In this document: piece by piece, positions 21,871 through 35,189 of the stretch
How positions within the stretch are numbered: position 1 is the stretch's first letter
Layout of the letters: each line of letters opens with the position of its first letter
Notes under the pieces: generated by a model
The model's input: the letters and a program-made list of their open reading frames with translations, nothing else
Database searches by the model: none
Told to the model about the DNA's origin: nothing
Made by a program: the position numbers and the translations under genes
Origin: Acidimicrobiia bacterium
Lineage (GTDB): Bacteria; Acidobacteriota; Vicinamibacteria; Vicinamibacterales; UBA2999
NCBI GenBank assembly: GCA_038144855.1
Contig: JAYQOO010000001.1
Location: 74,931 to 138,930, forward strand
Direction of reading: 5' to 3'
Length of the DNA: 64,000 nucleotides

Positions 21871-23208
21871 ATGTTCTCCACCTCAGACACCATCGTCGCG
21901 ATCGCGACGCCTCCGGGCCGCGGAGGTCTTGGTGTCATCCGTATCAGCGGCGCCGACGCATCGAGGATCGGCTGTGAGCTGACCGCCCGTACCAGCCCCC
22001 TCCAACCAAGACTCGCAACGTTCGCGCATTCCAACAGCGATCAAGTCGTGCTGACCTACTTCGTCGCTCCTGCTTCCTACACGGGAGAGGACGTCGTCGA
22101 AATTTCAGCGCACGGCAGTCCGGTGATCTTGAACGGGATCCTTCGCGCGGCGATGGATGCCGGAGCCAGACTGGCCGAGCCCGGTGAGTTCACTTTGCGA
22201 GCGTTCCTGAACGGGAAGGTCGACCTGATCCAGGCCGAAGCCGTCGGGGACCTGATCGACGCAGTGACGCCAACCCAGGCGCGCGCAGCCTTTGATCAGC
22301 TCGAGGGTACGCTGACCAGGGAGATCTCCTCGATCGACCAGGCGCTGTTTGACACCATGGCAAAGCTCGAGGCCTCGCTGGATTTTCCCGACGAGGGCTA
22401 TCACTTCGTGGCGCCAACGGAAGCGCGCGCAGCGATCGCCACGGTGATCGGTCGCATCGAGACCCTGCTGGCGCAAGCCGCTCGCGGCCGGCTGATTCGA
22501 GAGGGCGCAGCGATCGCGATTGTCGGGACGCCGAACGCGGGGAAGTCGAGCCTGTTTAATGCGCTGCTGAACGCCAACCGTGCCATCGTGACGCCGATCC
22601 CAGGCACGACGCGGGATCTGCTGACCGAGCGCGCTGACATCGGGGGCGTGTTGCTGTCCCTGAGCGACACCGCTGGCGTCCGTCAGACGACTGACCTGGT
22701 GGAACAGGAAGGTGTGGCGCGGGCGAAGGCCGCCGTCGGCGTGGCCGACGTCACGATCCTCCTGCTGGACCGCTCGTGTCACCTCTCAATGGACGACCGG
22801 GAGTTGCTGGGGATCACCGCCGACCGGCCGCGCGTGGTGGCGTGGAACAAGATCGACCTGCCGCCGGCGTTACCCCTCGAGCCCCTTGATCCAATCGAGG
22901 CGGTCGCGATCTCCGCGACGACGGGTGCCGGCATCGACAAATTGATCGCGGCGATCGGCAAAGTGCTCGGCGGCAGCGAACCAACTCGCGACCATCCGCA
23001 GATTACCAACGTGCGTCACACGGCGCTGCTCGAGAAGGCCAGGGATGCACTCACGCGTGCGTCTGTGGCGTTGGAGTCCAGTGTCTCGGAGGAGTTTCCG
23101 TTGCTGGATCTTCAAGAGGCAAGTGCCGCGCTCCAGGAGATCACGGGTAAGCGCACGAGCGACGATCTGCTACGTCACATCTTCGAACGGTTTTGCATCG
23201 GCAAGTAG
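21871..23208 (+). CDS. mnmE: tRNA modification GTPase
   Basis: DTIVAIATPPGRGG, SYTGEDVVE, AEPGEFTLRAFLNGK, GTPNAGKSSL, GTTRD, C-terminal FCIGK. Confidence 0.97.
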   Translation: MFSTSDTIVAIATPPGRGGLGVIRISGADASRIGCELTARTSPLQPRLATFAHSNSDQVVLTYFVAPASYTGEDVVEISAHGSPVILNGILRAAMDAGARLAEPGEFTLRAFLNGKVDLIQAEAVGDLIDAVTPTQARAAFDQLEGTLTREISSIDQALFDTMAKLEASLDFPDEGYHFVAPTEARAAIATVIGRIETLLAQAARGRLIREGAAIAIVGTPNAGKSSLFNALLNANRAIVTPIPGTTRDLLTERADIGGVLLSLSDTAGVRQTTDLVEQEGVARAKAAVGVADVTILLLDRSCHLSMDDRELLGITADRPRVVAWNKIDLPPALPLEPLDPIEAVAISATTGAGIDKLIAAIGKVLGGSEPTRDHPQITNVRHTALLEKARDALTRASVALESSVSEEFPLLDLQEASAALQEITGKRTSDDLLRHIFERFCIGK

Positions 23209-23266
23209 TCAGCGCAAGATCCGCTCAGGGACAGCCGATCGCCCGCGCCGGCGCGGCGCCTGCTCT

Positions 23267-23486
23267 GCGGCGAAGTTGGGCACAGGGGCAGGTCCCGCGC
23301 CGCTCGCCCTCCGCTCGCCGGACAAACGTCACTCGGCGGATCAAGTGCGCTCAAGCGAACTCGCGTGACACCCTGCTCAGACATCGCCCGTCGTGGCCTC
23401 CGCTCCGTTTGTCGGAACTACGAATGCAGAGTCGGCTCGGTCGGAGCTCGCCGCGCGAGACCTGCCCCTGTGCCCAACTTCGCCGC
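23267..23486. repeat. ~220-bp element bounded by 34-bp inverted repeats (MITE-like or structured RNA)
   Basis: Arm 23267-23300 GCGGCGAAGTTGGGCACAGGGGCAGGTCCCGCGC matches the reverse complement of 23453-23486 at 33/34. Confidence 0.75.
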
Positions 23487-23557
23487 GCCCCGCGCGAGTG
23501 ACCAGCGCCGCTGGCGTTCGGCGAGCGGGGTATCCTGTAAGTGGCAGTCGCCGTGAG

Positions 23558-23586
23558 TTGCAATAAAGAGATAAGACACACATAAT
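23558..23586 (+). promoter_or_regulatory. Sigma70-like promoter upstream of mnmG
   Basis: TTGCAA-17 nt-CATAAT, but only 2 nt from the ATG, so the geometry is odd. Confidence 0.4.
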
Positions 23587-23588
23587 CA

Positions 23589-25430
23589 ATGATTGAATTA
23601 GATGTAATAGTGATCGGCGCTGGACACGCCGGGGTCGAGGCGGCGTGGGCCGCGGCGCGTCTCGGCTGCAGTGTCGGACTCTGCACGCTCAATCGAGAAA
23701 CCGTCGCGCACATGCCGTGCAATCCGGCGGTCGGCGGTACCGCGAAGGGGCATCTGGTTCGGGAGATCGATGCTCTGGGCGGATTGATGGGTAGAGCAAT
23801 CGACGCTACAGGAATACAATTCAAGTTGCTCAATCGCAGCCGCGGCCCGGCCGTGTGGTCACCGCGGGCGCAAGCGGACAAGCCGCGCTACGGGCAGTGG
23901 GTGCGTGCGACCCTCGAGGCGGAGCCGAGAATCGAGTGGATTCTTGGCCGCGCCGGACGAATCTTGACCGATGGTGGCCGAATCTGCGGCCTTGCCCTCG
24001 AGGATGGGCGCAATTTCCGCTGCAGGTCGCTGGTCATCACGACTGGGACGTTCCTGAATGGCCTGATTCACATCGGTCGCGAGCAGAAGCCAGCCGGCCG
24101 GGCGGACGAACCGCCGTCGCGGGACCTTGCCGAGTCGATCAAGTCGTTCGGATTCAACTGGGGCCGTTTGAAGACGGGGACCCCACCCCGCCTCGCCAGG
24201 AAGTCGATTGATTTCGAATCGGGTGTGAAGCGCGGAGTGTTCCACGTGGAACATGGCGACGAGTCGCCCATCCCGTTCTCTTTCACAGCGACTCAGAACC
24301 CCGTTAACTCCGCCGCGTGTTTCGTGCTCCACACGACTGACCGCGTCCACAGCCTGGTCCGAGACAAGATCGCCGAGTCCCCGCTCTATAACGGGCAGAT
24401 CGCCGGCATCGGCCCCCGCTATTGCCCCTCCCTCGAAGACAAGGTGATGCGATTCCCTGATCGGGAGCGGCACCAGCTGTTCCTCGAGCCGGAGGGCCTC
24501 GACGTGGAGGAGATTTACGTAAACGGGTTCTCTATGAGCCTGCCTGCGGAGACCCAGCGTAGTTTGATCCACGCACTCCCTGGCCTGGAGTCGGCGGAGA
24601 TGATGCGGCCTGGCTATGCCGTGGAATACGACTTCGTTCAGCCGACTGAGTTGCGATCAACCCTCGAAACACGCCGCGTCCCGGGTCTCTTCTTTGCCGG
24701 TCAGCTCAACGGGACGTCAGGTTACGAAGAGGCCGCTGGTCAGGGGCTCGTGGCAGGCCTGAATGCCGCATTAGCGGTGCAAGGCCGTGAGCCGCTCTCG
24801 TTCCGTCGCGATGAAGCGTATCTGGGCATCATGGTCGACGATCTGGTTACCAAGGGCTGCCTCGAGCCCTATCGCATGTTCACCTCCAGGGCCGAGTTCC
24901 GGCTGTTGCTTCGCACGGATAACGCCGACTTGAGGTTGACTCCGAAGGGTCGGGAAGCCGGGCTGGTCGATGATGAGCGCTGGGAGCGATTCCAGGCTCG
25001 AAAGCTGCGGTTTGACCACAATCTCGACACCCTGAACCGCAGTTGGGTGCGTGTTGAAGGCGGCGCCAGAAATCCAGCCTCCCAGGCGTTGAAGCGGCCA
25101 GAAATTACCCTCGAAAGCCTCGAGGCCAAGGGCGACGTCTCGATTCGGACATCTCCTCAGGATCGGATGCTGGACATCGCTTCGGTGGAGACGGCCATCA
25201 AGTACGAGGGCTACTTACTCCGTCAAAACCAGGCTGTTGCGCGCGCGCAGCACGCTGAGCGTCGCCGTATTCCAGAGGATTTCCCCTTCGAACGGGTCCC
25301 TGGGCTCTCGAACGAGATGGTGCAGCGCTTTTCAGAGGCCCGTCCTGAAACCCTGGGACAGGCCCAGCGCATCCCAGGGGTCACGCCTGCCGCAGTCGCT
25401 GTTGTCGGAGCCTACCTGAACCGGTTCTGA
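23589..25430 (+). CDS. mnmG: tRNA uridine-5-carboxymethylaminomethyl modification enzyme (GidA)
   Basis: VIGAGHAGVEAA, MPCNPAVGG, RLKTGTPPRL, GPRYCPSLEDK, GQLNGTSGYEEAA. Confidence 0.97.
   Translation: MIELDVIVIGAGHAGVEAAWAAARLGCSVGLCTLNRETVAHMPCNPAVGGTAKGHLVREIDALGGLMGRAIDATGIQFKLLNRSRGPAVWSPRAQADKPRYGQWVRATLEAEPRIEWILGRAGRILTDGGRICGLALEDGRNFRCRSLVITTGTFLNGLIHIGREQKPAGRADEPPSRDLAESIKSFGFNWGRLKTGTPPRLARKSIDFESGVKRGVFHVEHGDESPIPFSFTATQNPVNSAACFVLHTTDRVHSLVRDKIAESPLYNGQIAGIGPRYCPSLEDKVMRFPDRERHQLFLEPEGLDVEEIYVNGFSMSLPAETQRSLIHALPGLESAEMMRPGYAVEYDFVQPTELRSTLETRRVPGLFFAGQLNGTSGYEEAAGQGLVAGLNAALAVQGREPLSFRRDEAYLGIMVDDLVTKGCLEPYRMFTSRAEFRLLLRTDNADLRLTPKGREAGLVDDERWERFQARKLRFDHNLDTLNRSWVRVEGGARNPASQALKRPEITLESLEAKGDVSIRTSPQDRMLDIASVETAIKYEGYLLRQNQAVARAQHAERRRIPEDFPFERVPGLSNEMVQRFSEARPETLGQAQRIPGVTPAAVAVVGAYLNRF
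24238..24253. promoter_or_regulatory. parS site inside mnmG
   Basis: Perfect palindrome TGTTCCACGTGGAACA, matching the bacterial parS consensus. Confidence 0.85.
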
Positions 25431-25511
25431 GAAGCCTCGTCAAGGACGGGCCACCCGCTCACCGAAAATGCTCTGTGTCTCGGCGACAGCTGTGGTTAAA
25501 GTACGCCTCAG

Positions 25512-26171
25512 ATGGCGAACCGGGAATTTCGCGAGCGGCTGATCCGGCGGGCAAAGACCGCCGGCATCTCGCTTGAGACCGAGCTGATCGATCAGCTCGA
25601 GATCTACTATCAACTCCTGACGAAGTGGAATATCAAGATCAATCTAACGGCCTTCCGACTCAGCCCAGAGGGAACTGATGAGGCGATCGATCGGCTGCTG
25701 ATCGAGCCTGTCAGCGCCGCCAGCTATGTGCCAGAGAACGCTCGGTCCTTGCTGGATGCGGGCTCTGGTGGCGGATCGCCTGCGATTCCACTCAAACTTG
25801 CCAGCGCGAATCTCTCCCTTCGGATGGTGGAGGTGAAAACGCGGAAGGCAGTATTCCTCCGGGAGGCCGTGAGAGAACTTGGCCTTCGCGACGCGTTTGT
25901 TGAAACCTCGAGGTTTGAAGAGCTTCTTCCGAGAGCAGAACTTCACGAAGCCCTGGATCTTGTCTCGATTCGAGCCGTCCGCGTCGAGACTCGCACACTC
26001 AACACGCTCCAAGCGTTCCTGCGGCCAGGCGGGAAGCTGCTCTTGTTTCGCGGATCCAGCAAGAACGATCTCGAGGATTCGCCTCCGCCACCCTTGGCCT
26101 GGATGGCGACGTATCCGCTCGTCGACTCCCTTCACTCGAAACTCGTCGTCCTAAGCAAAACCCGCGTTTAG
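25512..26171 (+). CDS. rsmG: 16S rRNA (guanine527-N7)-methyltransferase (GidB)
   Basis: KWNIKINLTA, LDAGSGGGSPAIPL; position after mnmG. Confidence 0.92.
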   Translation: MANREFRERLIRRAKTAGISLETELIDQLEIYYQLLTKWNIKINLTAFRLSPEGTDEAIDRLLIEPVSAASYVPENARSLLDAGSGGGSPAIPLKLASANLSLRMVEVKTRKAVFLREAVRELGLRDAFVETSRFEELLPRAELHEALDLVSIRAVRVETRTLNTLQAFLRPGGKLLLFRGSSKNDLEDSPPPPLAWMATYPLVDSLHSKLVVLSKTRV

Positions 26172-26179
26172 CCATTGAA

Positions 26180-26195
26180 TGTTCCACGTGGAACA
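26180..26195. promoter_or_regulatory. parS site between rsmG and parA
   Basis: TGTTCCACGTGGAACA. Confidence 0.9.
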
Positions 26196-26261
26196 GGCTA
26201 GATTGATACCTCGCCGCACCGGAAACATACGATTAGGTTTTATAACAGAATCAACAATTAA

Positions 26262-27058
<797 letters not shown>

Positions 27059-27097
27059 CAGGCGAACAGGCGAACAGGAGAACAGGCCGACAGGAAA
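27059..27097 (+). repeat. Octamer tandem repeat between parA and parB
   Basis: CAGGCGAA CAGGCGAA CAGGAGAA CAGGCCGA CAGGAAA, then TACGTC ATG. Confidence 0.85.
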
Positions 27098-27103
27098 TAC
27101 GTC

Positions 27104-28003
27104 ATGGAAAAGAGACCAGCACTTGGCAAGGGATTGAGCGCGCTCATTCCCGACGCCGCCGACACGCTCACTGCGCCGGCGCGCGCATCGCTTGAGGTCG
27201 ACGTCGACCAACTCGAGCCGAACCACTACCAGCCGCGTGGACCGATCGACGCCGGAAAGCTTGAAGAACTCTCGCGGTCAATCAAGGCCAATGGCGTGAT
27301 TCAACCGATCGTCGTGCGCCGTATGGACGCGGCTGTTAGCGGCGGCCGCGAGCGCTACCAGATCATTGCCGGTGAACGCCGCTGGCGTGCCGCCCAGCTC
27401 GCCCAGCTCGCCAAGGTGCCGATCGTCGTCAAGGACGTACCGCCCGCGGAAAAGAAGCGGCTCCTCGAGATGGCGCTGATCGAGAACATCCAGCGCGAAG
27501 ATCTCAACCCAATGGAATCGGCTGCCGCTTATCAGCGGCTCGTCGACGAGTTTCAACTAAAGCAGGACGACATCGCCGTCCAGGTCGGCAAGGACCGCGC
27601 GACGGTGGCCAACTACCTCCGCCTGCTCAAGCTCCCAGAGGAAGTGCGTGGCAACGTCGCCTCGGGCGCATTGTCGATGGGCCATGCGCGCGCGATCGTC
27701 GCCCTGCCGTCGGACGTCGACCAGAAGCGCCTCGCGCGCGATGTGGTGGCGCGAGGGCTCTCCGTTCGCGAAACCGAAGCGCTCCTCAAGAAAGAGATTG
27801 GCACCAAGCCGGGCGAAGCCAGGCCGGAGCCGATGAAGCCCAAGAAGGACGTGCACACCCGCGCTGCGGAAGATCAGCTGCGCATGTCGCTTGGCACGCC
27901 GGTCGAGATCAAGCGCAAAGGCAAGGGCGGCACGATCGCTATCGCCTTCAACAACGAAACGGAACTCCAGCGCCTCTACGAGTATCTAACGGAGAAGAAG
28001 TAG
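27104..28003 (+). CDS. parB: Chromosome partitioning protein
   Basis: GVIQPIVVR, IIAGERRWRAAQ, LIENIQREDLNP, HTH region. Confidence 0.97.
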   Translation: MEKRPALGKGLSALIPDAADTLTAPARASLEVDVDQLEPNHYQPRGPIDAGKLEELSRSIKANGVIQPIVVRRMDAAVSGGRERYQIIAGERRWRAAQLAQLAKVPIVVKDVPPAEKKRLLEMALIENIQREDLNPMESAAAYQRLVDEFQLKQDDIAVQVGKDRATVANYLRLLKLPEEVRGNVASGALSMGHARAIVALPSDVDQKRLARDVVARGLSVRETEALLKKEIGTKPGEARPEPMKPKKDVHTRAAEDQLRMSLGTPVEIKRKGKGGTIAIAFNNETELQRLYEYLTEKK

Positions 28004-28027
28004 CAAGAAGCAGGTATCAAGAACACG

Positions 28028-29077
28028 ATGACAGACCAACAGAGGCGGCGGCTGACCGAGATGGTCGGCTGCGCCGGTTGAGCGAGCAAACTCGCTGCCG
28101 GCGAGCTCGCTCAGGTCCTGAGCGGCATACCAACTCAAACGGATCCACGCATCCTGGTCGACTACAGGACTGCGGACGATGCAGGTGTGTACGCGCTCGG
28201 CGACGATGGACCGGCGCTCGTGCAGACGGTCGACTTCTTTACGCCGATCGTCGACGATCCGTACTTGTATGGCCAGATCGCCGCCGCCAACTCGGTGAGC
28301 GACGTCTACGCGATGGGGGGCCGTCCGATAACGGCGCTCGCGATCGCGGCGTTCCCGCAAGACGGCCTGCACACCGACGACATCGCGCAGATCTTCCGCG
28401 GCGGATTCGACAAGCTGCGCGAAGCGGGCGTGGCGTTGCTTGGCGGTCACACCGTTCAGGACAAGGAGATCAAGTTCGGGTACTCGGTGACTGGCACCAT
28501 CGATCCGAAACGGATTCTTGCCAACACCGGGGCGAAGCCAGGCGACCGGCTGATCCTCACGAAAGCCCTTGGCGCCGGCATTGTCGGAACGGCGATCAAG
28601 TTTGGCCGGGCGTCGGAAGATCTGATCGCGCGCGCCGTCGATCAGATGAAGACGCTGAACAAGGCGGCAGCGGAAGCCATGTTGAGCGTCGAGGGCGTGC
28701 ACGCCTGCACCGACATCACCGGATTTGGGCTCGCCGGCCACGGATCGGAAATGGCGGCCGGCAGCAACGTCACGATCGAATTCGACACGCAAGAGTTACC
28801 GATCATTCCGGGGGTTCGCGAAATTGCCTCGTCGAATCTTTCTGGTGGCCTGAAAACCAACCGGCACCATTTTGGGAAGGGCGTCGAATTTGGCGGATCG
28901 GTTGAGGCCGTGTTCCACGATCTCGCCTACGACCCGCAAACATCTGGCGGACTCCTGATCTCGGTAGCGCCCGAATCCGCGTCGATTTTGGCCGAAAAAC
29001 TCGCAAAATCAGGAATTCAGCCCTATCTTGTTGGAACGGTCAGGTCACCAGGAGAGAAGCATCTGATTTTCGGGTAA
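28028..29077 (+). CDS. selD: Selenophosphate synthetase, selenoprotein form (UGA=Sec at 28079-28081)
   Basis: MTDQQRRRLTEMVGCAG-UGA-ASKL continues in frame into DDAGVY, QTVDFFTPIVDDPY.YGQIAAANSVSDVYAMGG, TDITGFGLAGH, DPQTSGGLL. Confidence 0.92.
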
Positions 29078-29162
29078 ATACCAGAAACACGCCCCTTCGC
29101 CCGGCGCATGCGCTCTCCGCGCCCCCTGCGGCTACTTCTGCGGCCGTGATACGATTAAACGT

Positions 29163-29588
29163 TTGTTAACGCCAGACATAACTGCACTTTGGGTCGTCGG
29201 CTTCCTGCTGTTGTGCACCTACCTGCTCAACTCGCTGGTCTTCCAGCCGATCCTGCGTGTCATCGACGAGCGCACCACCGCTGTTCGCAGCGCCAAGGAG
29301 CTCGCCGATTCCGCGGCGCACAAGGCGACCGCGGCCGCTGCTGAATACGATCACAAACTCAACGCTGCGCGTACCGAGGTCTATCGACAGATGGACGATA
29401 TGCGCAAGACGGCGCTCGACAAGCGCGCCGAAATCCTCGCGTCCACGCGCGCGACCGTCGACAAGGAATTGTCGGAGGCAACCGCTCGCGTGAAGCAGGA
29501 ATCAAACGCTGCGCGCGCCGCGCTGGATGGCGACGCCGCAAACCTGGCGGGCGCGATCGTGACGCGCGTGCTCGGCCGGGCCTCCTAA
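29163..29588 (+). CDS. atpF: ATP synthase F0 subunit b' (TTG start)
   Basis: One N-terminal TM helix, FQPILRVIDER, long coiled coil; first gene of the atp cluster. Confidence 0.8.
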   Translation: MLTPDITALWVVGFLLLCTYLLNSLVFQPILRVIDERTTAVRSAKELADSAAHKATAAAAEYDHKLNAARTEVYRQMDDMRKTALDKRAEILASTRATVDKELSEATARVKQESNAARAALDGDAANLAGAIVTRVLGRAS

Positions 29589-29597
29589 GTAACAACG

Positions 29598-30233
29598 GTG
29601 CATAGGGATTTCGAAATGCAGACGACGCTTCGCGCCGCTTGTGAATTAAAGAACAAAGTCCGAACTGCTTTGTTCGCAGCCGTTTTGCTGTCGTACGCTC
29701 CGGTGATGTTTGCGCAGGAGCACGCAGCTGAAGGCGGGCACGATCAAAGCATCGGCGGCATGATTCTCGCGATGGGCTGGCCGGTCGCCAACTTCATCGT
29801 GTTTCTCTGGGTGCTGAATCGCTTTCTGAAGAAGCCCTTCCAGGACTACCTCGCGACGCGCAGCGCCACGATCCGCAAGGACCTGGTTGAAGCTGCCGAG
29901 CTGAAGAAGAACGCCACCACCCAGCTCGCCACCATCGAACAGAAATTGCAGTCACTGCCAGGCGAACTGGCCGCGCTTCGCACCCGAGGTGCCGAAGAGA
30001 TCACGGCCGAGGAACAGCGCATCGCCACGCAAGCCGCCGCGGATCGCGATCGCCTGCTCGAACAGACGCGCCGCGAAATCGAACTACAGGTGCGCCTCGC
30101 GAAGAAGGACATCCTCGAACACGCCGCCGCGCTCTCGGTGCAGCTGGCGACCGAGCGCATCAAGAAGGAAGCCACGCCGGCGGACCAGGATCGTCTCGTT
30201 GATCGCTACCTCACGCAGGTGAAGGAAAGCTAA
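29598..30233 (+). CDS. atpF: ATP synthase F0 subunit b (start uncertain; ATG 29616 possible)
   Basis: WPVANFIVFLWVLNRFLKKP followed by a coiled coil. Confidence 0.85.
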   Translation: MHRDFEMQTTLRAACELKNKVRTALFAAVLLSYAPVMFAQEHAAEGGHDQSIGGMILAMGWPVANFIVFLWVLNRFLKKPFQDYLATRSATIRKDLVEAAELKKNATTQLATIEQKLQSLPGELAALRTRGAEEITAEEQRIATQAAADRDRLLEQTRREIELQVRLAKKDILEHAAALSVQLATERIKKEATPADQDRLVDRYLTQVKES

Positions 30234-30778
30234 TGTCGCTACGCACGTCGGCCAATCGTTACGCCAAGGCGCTGTTCGACGTCGCGCTCGAGGAGAAGGC
30301 CGATCTTGCCAAGATCGCCGAGGACCTCGCCGCCGTCGTCCTGATGATGCAGGGCAGCCCCGAGTTAGAGCGCGCGGCAGGTTTCTCATCGACGACCGAC
30401 GCGCAGCGCCAGGCGCTGATGGAGTCGGTCGCGACAGCAATGGCGCTGTCGACCCACGTGACCAAGACCCTGGTGTTGCTGGCCAAGGGCGGCAGACTGA
30501 ACCTGCTGCCGGGTCTGGCGGAGTCCTATCGCGAACGTCTGCTTGCGCACCAGAACATCGTCCGTGCCGAGGTGACGAGCGCGGCGCCTCTCTCACCGGA
30601 GAAGACGAAGGCGCTTGAAGAGAGCCTCTCGAAGGTGACGGGCAAGAAAGTCGAAATCACCGCCAGTGTCGACCCCGAGTTGCTGGGCGGCGTGGTGGCT
30701 CGAATCGGTAGCACGGTGTACGACGGAAGCGTGAAAACGCAACTGGCGCAGATGCGCCAAGAGTTGGTCAAGCAGTAG
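30233..30778 (+). CDS. atpH: ATP synthase delta subunit
   Basis: [36 protein letters not shown]. Confidence 0.95.
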   Translation: MSLRTSANRYAKALFDVALEEKADLAKIAEDLAAVVLMMQGSPELERAAGFSSTTDAQRQALMESVATAMALSTHVTKTLVLLAKGGRLNLLPGLAESYRERLLAHQNIVRAEVTSAAPLSPEKTKALEESLSKVTGKKVEITASVDPELLGGVVARIGSTVYDGSVKTQLAQMRQELVKQ

Positions 30779-30815
30779 GCCGGCAGGCCGACAGGCCGAC
30801 GGGCAAACAGGAAAA
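30776..30815 (+). repeat. Octamer tandem repeat between atpH and atpA
   Basis: TAGGCCGG CAGGCCGA CAGGCCGA CGGGCAAA CAGGAAAA, then GCAT ATG. Confidence 0.85.
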
Positions 30816-30819
30816 GCAT

Positions 30820-32352
30820 ATGAGCATTAAGGCCGACGAGATTTCCAAGATTATCCGCGAGCAGATCGGTAGCTTCGCGGTGGCGGTTGACGTCGCTGAA
30901 GTTGGCACCGTCGTCAGCCTCGGTGACGGCATTGCGCGCGTCCACGGCTGCCAGCGCGCCATGGCGGGCGAGATGCTCGAGTTCCCGCACGGCGTGTTCG
31001 GCATCGCGCTGAACCTCGAAGAGGACAGCGTCGGCGCCGTGTTGCTCGGCGACTACACCGCCATCCGTGAAGGCGATCCGGTCAAGCGCACCGGCCGCAT
31101 CATTTCCGTGCCGGTCGGCGAAGCGATGCTTGGTCGCGTCGTCAACGCGCTCGGCCAGCCGATCGACGGCAAGGGTCCGATCCTGACGAAGGACAGCGCG
31201 CCGATTGAAAGGATCGCGCCCGGCGTCGTCGACCGCCAGCCGGTTCGTGAACCGATGCAGACCGGCCTGAAGTCGATCGACGGCATGGTGCCGATCGGCC
31301 GCGGCCAGCGCGAGTTGATCATCGGCGACCGCCAGACCGGCAAGACCGCGGTGGCGATCGACACGATCCTCAACCAGAAGGACACCGGCGTCATCTGTAT
31401 TTACAACGCGATCGGTCAGAAGCAGTCGACGGTCGCGCAGGTCGTGCGCACGCTCGAAGAAGCCGACGCGATGCGTTACACGATCGTGGTCGCCGCAACC
31501 GCATCCGACCCGGCGCCGATGCTCTACATCAGCCCGTACTCGGCGACCGCGATGGGCGAGTACGTCCGCGCCTCGGACCGTCACGCGCTGTTGATCTACG
31601 ACGACCTGTCGAAGCACGCGCAGTCGTACCGCGAAATTTCGCTGCTGCTCCGCCGTCCGCCAGGCCGCGAGGCGTATCCCGGCGACGTCTTCTATCTGCA
31701 CTCACGTTTGCTGGAGCGTGCGGCAAAGATGAACGACAAGCTGGGCGGCGGTTCGCTGACCTCGCTGCCGATCATTGAAACGCAGGCCGGCGACTTGTCG
31801 GCCTACATCCCGACCAACGTCATCTCGATTACCGACGGCCAGATCTTCCTGGAAGCGGACCTCTTCAACCAGGGCGTCCGCCCGGCGATCAACGTCGGCA
31901 ACTCCGTGTCGCGCGTCGGCGGCTCGGCGCAGATCAAGGCGATGCGCCAGGTGGCCGGCACCCTGCGGCTGTCGCTTGCGCAGTATCGCGAGCTGGCGGC
32001 CTTCGCGCAGTTCGGTTCGAGCGACCTCGACAAGGCGACGCAGCAGCAGTTGAACCGCGGCGCGCGCCTCGTCGAATTGCTGAAGCAGCCGCAGTATTCC
32101 CCGCTGTCGGTCGAACAGCAGGTCGCCGTGCTCTACGCCGGCGTCAACGGCTTCTTCGACACCATCCCGGTGCCGGACGTGCGCGCGGCGGAAACCGAAC
32201 TGGTCAAGTTCATGTCGACCCGCTTCGGCAACGTGCTGGCGGCCATCAAGGAAAAGAAGACGATCGACGACACCATTAAGGGCAATCTCGAAGCCGCCCT
32301 CAAGGAATTCGTCGAGCACTTCATGGCGATGAAGGGATTGGCGAAGGCGTAA
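30820..32352 (+). CDS. atpA: ATP synthase alpha subunit
   Basis: [31 protein letters not shown]. Confidence 0.98.
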   Translation: MSIKADEISKIIREQIGSFAVAVDVAEVGTVVSLGDGIARVHGCQRAMAGEMLEFPHGVFGIALNLEEDSVGAVLLGDYTAIREGDPVKRTGRIISVPVGEAMLGRVVNALGQPIDGKGPILTKDSAPIERIAPGVVDRQPVREPMQTGLKSIDGMVPIGRGQRELIIGDRQTGKTAVAIDTILNQKDTGVICIYNAIGQKQSTVAQVVRTLEEADAMRYTIVVAATASDPAPMLYISPYSATAMGEYVRASDRHALLIYDDLSKHAQSYREISLLLRRPPGREAYPGDVFYLHSRLLERAAKMNDKLGGGSLTSLPIIETQAGDLSAYIPTNVISITDGQIFLEADLFNQGVRPAINVGNSVSRVGGSAQIKAMRQVAGTLRLSLAQYRELAAFAQFGSSDLDKATQQQLNRGARLVELLKQPQYSPLSVEQQVAVLYAGVNGFFDTIPVPDVRAAETELVKFMSTRFGNVLAAIKEKKTIDDTIKGNLEAALKEFVEHFMAMKGLAKA

Positions 32353-32355
32353 GCA

Positions 32356-34766
<2,411 letters not shown>

Positions 34767-34775
34767 AGGACGAAC

Positions 34776-35189
34776 ATGGCTCTACCGACCAAGCTGACAC
34801 TCAACATCGTCTCGCCGGATCAGTCCATCTCGCAAGAGGTGGACGAGGCCTCATTGCCAGGTGTCGAAGGTGACTTCGGCGTCCTGCCCGGCCACACGCC
34901 GTTCTTCACCTCGCTCCGCACCGGCGCGATGTGGTACCGGCAAGGCAGCGAGAAGCGATTCCTGATGGTGTCGGTCGGTTTTGTGGAAGTGCTGCCGACC
35001 TCGGTGTCGGTGCTCGCGCAGGTGGCCGAACGCGCAGAGGATCTCGACCAGGAACGCGCCGAAGCCGGCATGAAGCGAGCGGAAGAAGTGCTCGGCGCGG
35101 TGCCGCACGACATCGACTTCGAGCGCGCTCGACTGGCAATGCTGCGCACGCTGCAGCAGCTCCAGGCGGAAAGCCGGAGAGGTGTTTAA
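34776..35189 (+). CDS. atpC: ATP synthase epsilon subunit
   Basis: LNIVSPD, PGVEGDFGVLPGHTP, GFVEV. Confidence 0.93.
   Translation: MALPTKLTLNIVSPDQSISQEVDEASLPGVEGDFGVLPGHTPFFTSLRTGAMWYRQGSEKRFLMVSVGFVEVLPTSVSVLAQVAERAEDLDQERAEAGMKRAEEVLGAVPHDIDFERARLAMLRTLQQLQAESRRGV

Noticed and set aside
23175-23556. Small ORFs between mnmE and mnmG
   Set aside because: They arise from the GC-rich inverted-repeat element; mirrored peptides (RRSWAQGQV) appear on both strands.
25491-25499. DnaA-box-like TGTGGTTAA between mnmG and rsmG
   Set aside because: Single imperfect match with no cluster; compatible with chance.
28078-28905. 275-aa ORF overlapping selD
   Set aside because: Alternative frame of selD with R/G-rich nonsense composition.
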